Assembly (NCBI GenBank): GCA_031364845.1
Contig: JANLWX010000225.1
Span: 1-31,713, forward strand
DNA length: 31,713 nt
Source of the DNA: Candidatus Eiseniibacteriota bacterium
GTDB lineage: Bacteria; Eisenbacteria; RBG-16-71-46
Reading direction: 5' to 3'
How positions within the stretch are numbered: position 1 is the first letter of the stretch; each line of letters begins with the position of its first letter. The notes beneath the pieces were generated by a model that ran no database searches, was not told where the DNA came from, and was given only the letters and a program-made list of their open reading frames with translations. The translations under genes were made by a program, and so were the position numbers. Below, in pieces: positions 10,646 to 18,786 of this stretch.

Positions 10646-11923
10646 TCAGCTGCCCGACAAGACCGTCTCTTCCTGAATTTCGGCCGCATTGATCAACCAG
10701 TCCAGCGCCTTGCGCTCGCGCAGTGAATCGCGCAGTGCCTCACGCCGTTCCGCCGCCTGATACCGCGCCCGCACCCTCGCCGCCTGACGCGGCTCCGACT
10801 GGGCCATGCGCGAAATCTCTTCGGCAACCTCTTCGTCGCTCGCCTCGAGCTGCTCCTGCCGTGCGACCGCGTCCAGCAGCACCGAGCGCATCAGCGACCG
10901 CTCGACTCCCGGCCGGTAGCGCGGTTCGAGTTCCGTCCGCAGCGCATCCGGCACGTTCTGCGAACCCACCGCATCGGCGATCACGCGCTCGAGCATCCAG
11001 TCCACCCAGCGCACCGGCAGTTCCACCGTATTGCGCTGCAGCAGCTCGTTCGCAATCATGTCGTCCATCTCTCGCTGCATTCGGACGCGCTCTTCACCTT
11101 CGAGGTTCAGGCGGACCCGGGAGCGCAGCTCTTCGAGCGACCCCAGTCCGAACACGTCCTTCGCAAGGGTATCGTCCAGCGGACGCAGCTTCTTCTCCTG
11201 GATTTTCCTGATCTTCACCACGTAGCGGGCCTGCTTTCCCGCCAGATCCCCGCCCGGATAGTCCGCGGGATAGGTCACATCGATCGTGCGCTCCTGGCCC
11301 GCGGTCGCACCCATCAGCCCGTTCTCGAGGTCGGGCATCAGATCGGGCGCCCCGAGTTCGATCCGGCGCGCCTTGGCGCGCGAAGACGCGAGCCGGCGGC
11401 CATTGGCATCGAGACGGGTCGAATCGAGCAGCACGATGTCGCCGCGCTGGGCCGGGCGGTCGAGATCCACGAACACCGCCGACTGCTCGAGCAGATCCTG
11501 GATCACGGCGTCGACGGCGGCATCGTCCACCGGCTTCGCCGAGCGGCGCGCCTTGAGCCCGCGGTAGTCCTTGGCCTCGACTTCGGGCTTCACGTCGACC
11601 ACGACTTCGAACTTGAGCGGCTGACCGGGACCGAAGCGCAGGTTGCGCACGAGCGGAGTGACGATCGGACTGAGCTGCGCCTGGTCGATCGCCTCACCCG
11701 CGAGCCGCGGCACGAACGTCTCGATGAACTCCTGCTCGACGCGGTCCGCGAAGTGCTGCCGCACCATTTCGAGCGGGACCCGTCCACGCCGGAACCCGGG
11801 CATGGTCGCGCGCCGCTGCACCTGGTGCGAAACCTCGTCGAGCTTCTGATCCACTTCCTCGACCGGGACATCGATGTCGAGTGTGTGCTGCCAGGTGCCG
11901 GTCGAGCGGGCCGTTACGTTCAT
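10646..11923 (-). CDS. tig: Trigger factor
   Basis: Ribosome-binding signature PGFRRGRVP, 425 aa, canonical position upstream of clpP-clpX-lon and downstream of tRNA-Leu. Confidence 0.95.
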   Translation of the reverse strand: MNVTARSTGTWQHTLDIDVPVEEVDQKLDEVSHQVQRRATMPGFRRGRVPLEMVRQHFADRVEQEFIETFVPRLAGEAIDQAQLSPIVTPLVRNLRFGPGQPLKFEVVVDVKPEVEAKDYRGLKARRSAKPVDDAAVDAVIQDLLEQSAVFVDLDRPAQRGDIVLLDSTRLDANGRRLASSRAKARRIELGAPDLMPDLENGLMGATAGQERTIDVTYPADYPGGDLAGKQARYVVKIRKIQEKKLRPLDDTLAKDVFGLGSLEELRSRVRLNLEGEERVRMQREMDDMIANELLQRNTVELPVRWVDWMLERVIADAVGSQNVPDALRTELEPRYRPGVERSLMRSVLLDAVARQEQLEASDEEVAEEISRMAQSEPRQAARVRARYQAAERREALRDSLRERKALDWLINAAEIQEETVLSGS

Positions 11924-11984
11924 TGCTTTGAGCTCCCCCGTCGCCGGAGGGGCCCCGGCGCCGTTCAGTGGACAGGCAGGGACG

Positions 11985-12066
11985 TGCGAGAGGGGGGATT
12001 TGAACCCCCACGAGTTTCCCCACTGGATTCTAAGTCCAGCGCGTCTGCCAGTTCCGCCACTCTCGC
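11985..12066 (-). tRNA. tRNA-Leu(TAG)
   Basis: GCGAGAGTGGCGGAACTGGCAGACGCG-CTGGA CT TAG AA TCCAG-variable arm-GGGGGTTCAAATCCCCC-CTCTCGCA. CCA is not encoded. Confidence 0.96.
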
Positions 12067-12163
12067 TTACACGTCGTGCGCAGACATCGGACGCTTCACG
12101 TCCAGCGGCACTTCATGCGCGACGTTCGTCCGCGAAGAAGGCGTGATTCAATGGTTTGGCGGC

Positions 12164-12172
12164 AGTATAGCA
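12164..12172 (-). promoter_or_regulatory. Extended -10 element, probable promoter for tRNA-Leu-tig-clpPX
   Basis: Minus strand TGCTATACT (TGn + TATACT), about 100 nt upstream of the tRNA. Confidence 0.5.
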
Positions 12173-12207
12173 CAGGGCTGAAGCGCTCCCGGCGTGTCCG
12201 CCGCGCG

Positions 12208-13380
12208 TCAGAACGCCGCCGTGACCGTCGCCACGACGCGATCGTCGAACGAGTTGGGGGAACCCTCCCGCTTGAGCGTTCGGTGCAGCACACCGAAGTC
12301 GATCCGCGAGCGGTCGAAGCTCCAGCCGATGCCGAGTCCGAAGATTCCGGCGTCCGGCTCCGGCACGTCGTCCTCGTGTTCCTGCCCGATTCCGAAACGC
12401 ACCGTCCACGGGTCGCGATCGTCGTGGAACTCGCCGCCTACGCTCCATTGGTATCCCGCACCCGAGCGGACATCGAAGCCCGTCCACTCGCGCGCTCCGC
12501 GGCCACCCGCGCCGGCCAGCAGGCGGAACCCCTGAGTGATCCGGTAGCTCGCCGAGGCGCCGGCCTCGATGCCGGATTCGCGCTCGGCCGACACCGCAGC
12601 CAGGCTGTCGCCCGACAGAAGCGCAAAGCTCTGTTCGCCCTCAACCGTGATCGCGGGAACGAAACGCGCACCGGCTCCGAAGCAGAACACACCCTGCTCC
12701 GCGCGGTCCTCGCCGAAGCGCAGGCCGGCCTGCCCACCGAACCCGGTGCCGGAGAAGTCGACATGCCGCAGTCCCGCATCGGGCGACCCGGACTCTTCCT
12801 TCACCTCGTAGACATCGTTGCGGCGCGTGAACTCGCCCGCGGCCCCGACCCGTAATTCTCCCCATGACTGCGAGATGGCGAGGCCCGCGCGCAGTTCACG
12901 CGAACTCGAGTGGCTCACGACCACGGCCGGCTGGACCGGTCCGCCCAGCTCTCCGCGGGTGAACGCATTGTCCTCGAGCCGCAGCACCGGCTGGCTCGCA
13001 TACGCCACCAGCCCGAACCCGCCCGCCGGCAGCGCCAGCCAGCCACCGCCGAAGTCGATGAACGCACCCTGCTCGTCGTACTGGCGATTGTCGGCGCGCA
13101 GGTCCTGGCGGCTCATGCGCTGCAGCACGCCCGAGGCGACGAGCCCGCGAACAGGCAGAGCTGCGGGATTGTCGAAAGGCTGGCTGCCGAGCCAGCGATC
13201 GGACAGCGCAAGGCCCGCGGACATTGCGGAACCGGGGGCGTGCCCGGAGCCCGGAAATGACCACAACTCGGGGTTGAGCGGGGATGGCGGAGCCGCGAGG
13301 GCTGCGGGCGATGTCGCCGCGGCGAGGAGCAGGGCGAGTAGTGTCGGGACGGCGGCGGGCATGGTTGGAAGAAGGCGCAT
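12208..13380 (-). CDS. Secreted outer-membrane beta-barrel protein (FadL/PorV-like architecture, family uncertain)
   Basis: Signal peptide (TLLALLLAAATSPAALA), an N-terminal AMSAG...NPAAL segment reminiscent of FadL/PorV plugs, Gly/aromatic-rich strands and a terminal Phe (VATVTAAF). The ATG abuts the apgM stop. Confidence 0.6.
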   Translation of the reverse strand: MRLLPTMPAAVPTLLALLLAAATSPAALAAPPSPLNPELWSFPGSGHAPGSAMSAGLALSDRWLGSQPFDNPAALPVRGLVASGVLQRMSRQDLRADNRQYDEQGAFIDFGGGWLALPAGGFGLVAYASQPVLRLEDNAFTRGELGGPVQPAVVVSHSSSRELRAGLAISQSWGELRVGAAGEFTRRNDVYEVKEESGSPDAGLRHVDFSGTGFGGQAGLRFGEDRAEQGVFCFGAGARFVPAITVEGEQSFALLSGDSLAAVSAERESGIEAGASASYRITQGFRLLAGAGGRGAREWTGFDVRSGAGYQWSVGGEFHDDRDPWTVRFGIGQEHEDDVPEPDAGIFGLGIGWSFDRSRIDFGVLHRTLKREGSPNSFDDRVVATVTAAF

Positions 13381-14598
13381 TCAGGCTCCGAATTTGTCGA
13401 GCCGCCCGGCGTTCGCCAAGAGTATAGGCATGAGGTCCTTGCTTGCCAACACTCCGAGGCTTCCTCCGCGGGCGGTCCGCTCGTGAAATCGCGGGGCGCC
13501 GTCGGCCCCGCACATCGCCCCGTGCACCAGCAGCGGCACCGGGTGCCACGAGTGGCCCTTCATCGAAACCGGCGTCGAATGGTCGCCCGTGATCGCGATC
13601 ACGTCGGGCTTCAGCGCCAGCAAAGCCGGGAACGCGCGATCGACCGCTTCGATCGCCGCGACCTTGGCGGCGAAGTTCCCGTCCTCCCCCGCCATGTCGG
13701 TGCCCTTGATGTGGACGAACACGAAGTCGTGCGCGGCCGCCACGCGGCCGACCTCGCGGAACGCATCTTCGGGCGCCTCGCCAACCGGGAACAGATCCAT
13801 GCCCGCGAGCTCGGCCACGCCGCGGTACATCGGATAGGCCGCGACCGCGGCGGCGCGCAGCTGATAGCGCTCGGGATACGTGCGCAGCGTCGGACGCGCC
13901 GACAGCCCACGCATGAGGGCGGCGTTCGCCGGATGCTCCTCACCGAGCACTTCATGCGCCGCGGCGACGAAGGCGTTCACGATGCGCGCGGTCTTCTCGG
14001 CGCGCGGGTCGTCCGTGAGCGCTCGCGAAGGCGGAATCGGCTTTCCTTCCTTGTGCGGATCCGCGTCACTCACTTCGCCCGCGAGGCCCGGCCCGCGGAA
14101 CACGGCGACGAAGCGATGGCCCTTGCCCGCCTGCAGCACGACGTCGACGTCTTCGAACCGCGAAGCCTTCGTCGCGAGCAGCGCGACGAGCCGCGCACAC
14201 ACGTCGGTCGCGATGCGGCCCGCGCGCCGATCGGTGACGATGTCCTGGGCGTCGAGCGTGCAGAAGTTTGCGCGCGCGGCGACATCGCCGGGGCGCAGTT
14301 CGATTCCTGCGCCGAGCGCTTCGAGCACCCCGCGCCCGACCTGAGTCGCGACCGGGTCGTACCCGAACAGCGCGAGGTGCCCCGGGCCGCTGCCCGGCGT
14401 GATCCCGGGAGCGACCGGCAGAATCCGGCCGAGTGCCGCTGTCGGAACGATCGTGTCGAGGTTCGGCGTGCGCGCGGCCTCGAGCGGCGTCATGCCGCCG
14501 TGCTCGGCGTGCGGCAGATCTCCGACCCCGTCGAGCACCAGCATCACGATCTTCGTTTCATTCTTGAGGACCAGGGATTCGAACGGCTCGAATGACAC
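13381..14598 (-). CDS. apgM: 2,3-bisphosphoglycerate-independent phosphoglycerate mutase, archaeal type
   Basis: LDGVGD, TPLEAARTPNLD, PGSGPGHLALFGYDP, GRGVLEALG, DRRAGRI, HIKGTDMAGEDG, TGDHSTP, HSWHPVP. GTG start at 14598 with a GGAG RBS. Confidence 0.9.
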   Translation of the reverse strand: MSFEPFESLVLKNETKIVMLVLDGVGDLPHAEHGGMTPLEAARTPNLDTIVPTAALGRILPVAPGITPGSGPGHLALFGYDPVATQVGRGVLEALGAGIELRPGDVAARANFCTLDAQDIVTDRRAGRIATDVCARLVALLATKASRFEDVDVVLQAGKGHRFVAVFRGPGLAGEVSDADPHKEGKPIPPSRALTDDPRAEKTARIVNAFVAAAHEVLGEEHPANAALMRGLSARPTLRTYPERYQLRAAAVAAYPMYRGVAELAGMDLFPVGEAPEDAFREVGRVAAAHDFVFVHIKGTDMAGEDGNFAAKVAAIEAVDRAFPALLALKPDVIAITGDHSTPVSMKGHSWHPVPLLVHGAMCGADGAPRFHERTARGGSLGVLASKDLMPILLANAGRLDKFGA

Positions 14599-14656
14599 AG
14601 TGAGCACTCCAGGTCGTAGGAAGGTTCCGCGGGACGCGCCGACAGTAGCGGAAACG

Positions 14657-15334
14657 TCAGTTGCAGAACATCTCGCCGCTGCGGAACGAACCTCCACCGA
14701 GCGCAGCCTGAATCAGGATGCTCATGTCCGAGGGGTTGACGGTGTTGCTGCAGTTGTAGTCCGAACGACCTTCGATGTCGGCGCCGAAGGAGTCGGGAAG
14801 GAACAGCGAGAGGTCCGCGGGATTCACGCCTCCGCCGCCATTGAGATCGAATGCGGCCACGTTGATCGTTCCGAGGTTCGCGGATCCGGCGTACACGGTG
14901 GCGCACTTGAAGCCCGCGGCGGCCGGCCCTCCGGAGCCTGCGGTGGCGGCTCCCACGATACGAAAGACGGCGATACCGTTCGCGTCGGTCGTCGCGAGAA
15001 TCCGGGTACCGTTTGCATCGCATTCGACACGAAGGCCCGGATGAGGCTGATCGGCCGCGATCCGAATGTCGGGTCGGCAAGCGCGAAAGTCGATCATCAC
15101 CTCGCAGTCCGGCACTGGATTCTGGGCGAGGTCGCGGACGCGGATGATGAACTCGCCGCGGGTATCCACGATGCCTGCCGTTGCGCCGACGAGGGTGATG
15201 CCACAGGGCACCTGGCTGTCATGTGAGGGGCCGAGGCATTCGGCGTCGATCGTCGTCGATGCGAGCGACACCGCGAGCACCGCGACGACGAAGCCGCTGG
15301 GTGTGAATCGGAACTTGAACGATCGGCGGATCAT
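14657..15334 (-). CDS. Secreted Cys-rich protein with Ig-like region and C-terminal dockerin-like Ca-binding duplication (paralog 1)
   Basis: Signal peptide; VRDLAQNPV and TTDANG motifs; two 12-residue loops DLNGGGGVNPAD and DYNCSNTVNPSD. ATG 15334 has a GAGGA RBS. Confidence 0.7.
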   Translation of the reverse strand: MIRRSFKFRFTPSGFVVAVLAVSLASTTIDAECLGPSHDSQVPCGITLVGATAGIVDTRGEFIIRVRDLAQNPVPDCEVMIDFRACRPDIRIAADQPHPGLRVECDANGTRILATTDANGIAVFRIVGAATAGSGGPAAAGFKCATVYAGSANLGTINVAAFDLNGGGGVNPADLSLFLPDSFGADIEGRSDYNCSNTVNPSDMSILIQAALGGGSFRSGEMFCN

Positions 15335-15593
15335 GACGGCGTCCTCACTGCATCCTTCGATGTCGGCGCGGGTGATCATATGCCCGCAAGGCGGCTACGA
15401 ACGCGGTAACTGTAGCAGAGCCCGGTGACGCGGCATCACCTCACGCCCCGCGCGTTGAGTGCTGTCGGAGTGACGGCGCCGCGACGGATCGCGTATCCTG
15501 CGCGCCCGCGAGGTTCACGAACTTCATCACCACGTCCTCCGCATTCCTGCATCACTGCGGGGCGCAGCGACAGAATCCGAAAGGCGATCGATC

Positions 15594-16460
15594 ATGGCCA
15601 TACAGAAAGTGGGCGTCGTCGGCTGCGGTCTCATGGGCAGCGGTATCGCGCAGATCAGCGCGCAGGCCGGATTCCCGACCGTGGTCCGCGAGGTGTCGCA
15701 GGAGGCGCTCGACAAGGGCGTCGGCTCCATCATGAAGTTCATGCAGGGCGGCGTCGATCGGGGCAAGGTGTCGCAGTTCGACCTCGACAAGGTGAAGGAG
15801 AATCTGAAGGGCACGACGAAACTCGAGGATCTTGCCGGGTGCGACATCGTGATCGAGGCGATCGTCGAGAACATCGGCGCCAAAAAAGAACTGCTCTCGG
15901 CGCTCGACGGCCTGTGCGGGCCCGAAACGATCTTCGCCTCCAACACGTCGAGCCTCTCGGTCACCGAGATGAGCACGTTCGTGAAGCGCCCGGACCGTGT
16001 GATCGGACTCCACTTCTTCAATCCGGTCCCGCTCATGAAGCTGGTCGAGGTCGTGAGCACGGTGCGCACGAACCCCGACGCGCTCCAGGCGGCGCGCGCG
16101 TGGTGCATGGCGGTCGGCAAGACGGTCGTGAGCTGCGGCGATTCGACCGGATTCGTCGTGAACCGCCTGCTGGTGCCTTACATGGTCGACGCGGTGCGCG
16201 TGTTCGAGCAGGGCCTCGCGAGCCGCGACGACATCGACAACGCGATGAAGCTCGGCTGCGGATATCCGATGGGTCCGCTGTTCCTCACCGACTACGTCGG
16301 GCTCGACACGACGTACTACATCTGCCAGATCATGTTCGAGGAGTTCAAGGAGCCGCGCTTCGCGGCACCCCCGCTGCTCAAGCGCATGGTGCTCGCCGGA
16401 CTCCACGGACGAAAGACCGGCCGCGGGTTCTACGACTGGACCACGACGCCGCCGTCGTGA
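15594..16460 (+). CDS. hbd: 3-hydroxybutyryl-CoA / 3-hydroxyacyl-CoA dehydrogenase
   Basis: GCGLMGSGIA NAD fold, IEAIVE, ASNTSS, GLHFFNP, GFVVNRLL, GYPMGP, GLD and GRKTGRGFY. Confidence 0.93.
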   Translation: MAIQKVGVVGCGLMGSGIAQISAQAGFPTVVREVSQEALDKGVGSIMKFMQGGVDRGKVSQFDLDKVKENLKGTTKLEDLAGCDIVIEAIVENIGAKKELLSALDGLCGPETIFASNTSSLSVTEMSTFVKRPDRVIGLHFFNPVPLMKLVEVVSTVRTNPDALQAARAWCMAVGKTVVSCGDSTGFVVNRLLVPYMVDAVRVFEQGLASRDDIDNAMKLGCGYPMGPLFLTDYVGLDTTYYICQIMFEEFKEPRFAAPPLLKRMVLAGLHGRKTGRGFYDWTTTPPS

Positions 16461-16509
16461 TCTTCCTCACGTTGGCCGTCATGAGCGCGCGTCCAGCATC
16501 CGTGCCGCG

Positions 16510-17022
16510 ATGCCTGTGAGTCTCGATCCCGATCGCCGCGGCCGCGAGGTCGCGGCGATCTTTCTCGAACACGCGCCGCGGTTGTTCGAGGATCTGATCG
16601 CCTCCGACGTGTGGACGCGCACCGGCAAGGCCGCAGCGCCGGAGCACGCGCGGCGCGAGTGGGAAGCATTCGCGCTCTACGCGTGCGTGCGCGGACTGGT
16701 GGCGGGCGGCGGGTTCAATCGCGAAACCGCGGCCGCGATCGACGCGCTGCACGATGGGGTCGCCGAAGCATGGCGCACGCAATCAAGGGACGAGTCCGCC
16801 GAGCGCGCGCACGTCTCCGAGCGCTACGCCGAGTACGGTGAGATCGGACAGGCCGGCGGCGCCTCGGGCGCGGAGTCGGTCACGCTCAGACTCGGCGCTG
16901 CTGCCGCGCGCCACATGACGGGTGCGGAACCTGGTGAGGATCCGGGCGAACTGGCGGAACTGATCGGCGCGCTGCACGAGTCGCTGGCGGAGTCGGTGAC
17001 GGAGCATCTGCGCCGCGCGTGA
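16510..17022 (+). CDS. Hypothetical alpha-helical protein
   Basis: 170-aa ORF with protein-like composition filling the gap after hbd. It converges on paralog 2 with an 11-nt gap. The exact start is uncertain. Confidence 0.6.
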   Translation: MPVSLDPDRRGREVAAIFLEHAPRLFEDLIASDVWTRTGKAAAPEHARREWEAFALYACVRGLVAGGGFNRETAAAIDALHDGVAEAWRTQSRDESAERAHVSERYAEYGEIGQAGGASGAESVTLRLGAAAARHMTGAEPGEDPGELAELIGALHESLAESVTEHLRRA

Positions 17023-17033
17023 AGCGCCGCAGT

Positions 17034-17708
17034 TCACTGACAATAGTTCCCGCCGCTGTTCACCGAACCCGCACCGAAAGAGAGCTGAAGCAGGAGGCTG
17101 AGATCGGTCGGTGAAATGGTATTGCTGCAGTTGTAGTCCGTGCGGCCTTCGAAGTCGCCGTCGAACAGGTCGACGAGGAACCTCGAGATGTCGGCAGGAT
17201 TCGCGCCGCCGCTGCCATCGAGATCGCACGCGGCAACGTTGATCGTACCGAGGATCTGGCCGCCTCCATACACGGAGGCGCACTTGAATCCGGCCGCGGT
17301 GGCACCGGGCGTCGCCGCGCCCACGATGCGGGCATTGAGCACTCCGTTGGCGTCGGTGGTTCCGTAGACACGCGCACCGTTCGCGTCGCACTCGACGCGG
17401 AGTCCCGGATGCGGCTGGGTCAGCGAGATACGGATGTCGGGATCGCACGCGCCGAAGTCGATCATCACTTCACAGTTGGGCGCGGGATTGAAGGCGAGAT
17501 CGCGCAGCACGATCGTGAATTGTCCGAGCGGATCCGCGATCCCGCCGGTCGTTCCGACGAGCGTTATCCCGCATGGGATGTCGCTGTTCGGAACTCCGCC
17601 CGATCCCGGACATTCGGCGCGAACCTCGGCAGAGACGAGCACGGCCCCAAGAAGGGCACAGAAGAAGAGCGCCGGATGACCTACGGGCGGGCAGGAATGG
17701 CGGACCAT
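17034..17708 (-). CDS. Secreted Cys-rich Ig-like + dockerin-like protein (paralog 2)
   Basis: Clear homolog of 14657-15334 (PCGITLVG, CEVMIDF, QPHPGLRVECDANG, AAGFKCA, LGTINVAA, DYNCSNT). GGAGG RBS. Confidence 0.72.
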   Translation of the reverse strand: MVRHSCPPVGHPALFFCALLGAVLVSAEVRAECPGSGGVPNSDIPCGITLVGTTGGIADPLGQFTIVLRDLAFNPAPNCEVMIDFGACDPDIRISLTQPHPGLRVECDANGARVYGTTDANGVLNARIVGAATPGATAAGFKCASVYGGGQILGTINVAACDLDGSGGANPADISRFLVDLFDGDFEGRTDYNCSNTISPTDLSLLLQLSFGAGSVNSGGNYCQ

Positions 17709-17775
17709 GTTCGCATCCTCCGACGGCGGGGTTGAGGGCGGCCGAGCGTTTTGGCCCGGTATTTTCGCTGCGGAA

Positions 17776-17803
17776 AGTCTAGCGAAACGTTTTCGCTTTT
17801 CAA
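17776..17803 (-). promoter_or_regulatory. Sigma70-like promoter for paralog 2 with a palindrome filling the spacer
   Basis: TTGAAA (17803-17798), 16-nt spacer, TAGACT (17781-17776). Inverted repeat AGCGAAA-CGT-TTTCGCT at 17781-17797. Confidence 0.5.
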
Positions 17804-17810
17804 CGGCGAA

Positions 17811-18311
17811 TCACCCCGATCGCCCCAGATTCTCGAGCAATTTTCCCGCAAGCGAGTATCCGTACCATCCCTGATCGCGCACCGCGCCCAGGCGCTCGTA
17901 GAACGCGATCGACGGCTCGTTCCAGTCGAGCACGTCCCACGCGACACGCGCGCAGTTGCGTTCGACCGCGAGTGCGGCCAGCGCGCGCATGAGCGCGAAG
18001 CCCGCTCCCGATGCACGACTTGCGGCCGTCACGCACAGGTCCTCGAGCCAGATCACCGGTTGCCCGCGGAAGCTCGAGTAGCACCCGTAGAACAACGCGT
18101 ACCCGACGATCGCGCCTTCGGCTTCCGCGACCAGCGCTTCGACTCTCGGCCACGCACCGGGATCGAACAATTGCGCGGCGAGACGGTCGGGATCGTTGCT
18201 CAGGATCGCTTCGAGGCGCTCGTAGACGGCCAGCTCGCGCACCAGTTCGAAGATCCGGGGCACGTCCTCGCGGCGCGCCGCGCGCACCCGCGGCGCCTCA
18301 GCCGCGCTCAC
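17811..18311 (-). CDS. GNAT acetyltransferase, spermidine/diamine N-acetyltransferase-like
   Basis: ELAVYE, YSSFRG, WLEDLCV, RASGAG and [17 protein letters not shown]. Its GTG overlaps the yjbQ stop by 4 nt. Confidence 0.88.
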   Translation of the reverse strand: MSAAEAPRVRAARREDVPRIFELVRELAVYERLEAILSNDPDRLAAQLFDPGAWPRVEALVAEAEGAIVGYALFYGCYSSFRGQPVIWLEDLCVTAASRASGAGFALMRALAALAVERNCARVAWDVLDWNEPSIAFYERLGAVRDQGWYGYSLAGKLLENLGRSG

Positions 18312-18727
18312 TCGCCGATCACCTTCACCAGCACACGCTTCGCGCGCCGCCCGTCGAACTCGCCGTAGAAGATCTGCTCCCAGCGCCCGAAGTCGAGCAC
18401 GCCGTTGGTGATCGCCACCACGACTTCGCGCCCCATGATCTGGCGCTTGAGGTGCGCGTCGGCGTTGTCCTCGCCGGTGTCGTTGTGGCGGTAGTGATCG
18501 ACCGGCGCGTGCGGAGCGAGCTGCTCGAGCCAGCGCTCGTAGTCGTGATGGAGTCCGCCTTCGTCGTCGTTGATGAACACGCTCGCCGTGATGTGCATCG
18601 CGTTCACCAGCACGAGCCCTTCGCGCACGCCGCTCGCCCGCACGATGCGCTCGACTTCAGGGGTGAGGTTCACGAATCCGCGCCGCGAGGGAACATTCAG
18701 AGTCAGGTACTCGGTCTTGGATTTCAT
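18308..18727 (-). CDS. yjbQ: YjbQ/UPF0047 family protein (secondary thiamine-phosphate synthase-like)
   Basis: [37 protein letters not shown]. 139 aa from ATG 18727. Confidence 0.92.
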   Translation of the reverse strand: MKSKTEYLTLNVPSRRGFVNLTPEVERIVRASGVREGLVLVNAMHITASVFINDDEGGLHHDYERWLEQLAPHAPVDHYRHNDTGEDNADAHLKRQIMGREVVVAITNGVLDFGRWEQIFYGEFDGRRAKRVLVKVIGE

Positions 18728-18786
18728 GGAATCCCAAATGACAGAAGTCATGGCCGTCCGCCCCGGAAGCAGAGTCTCGACGAAGC

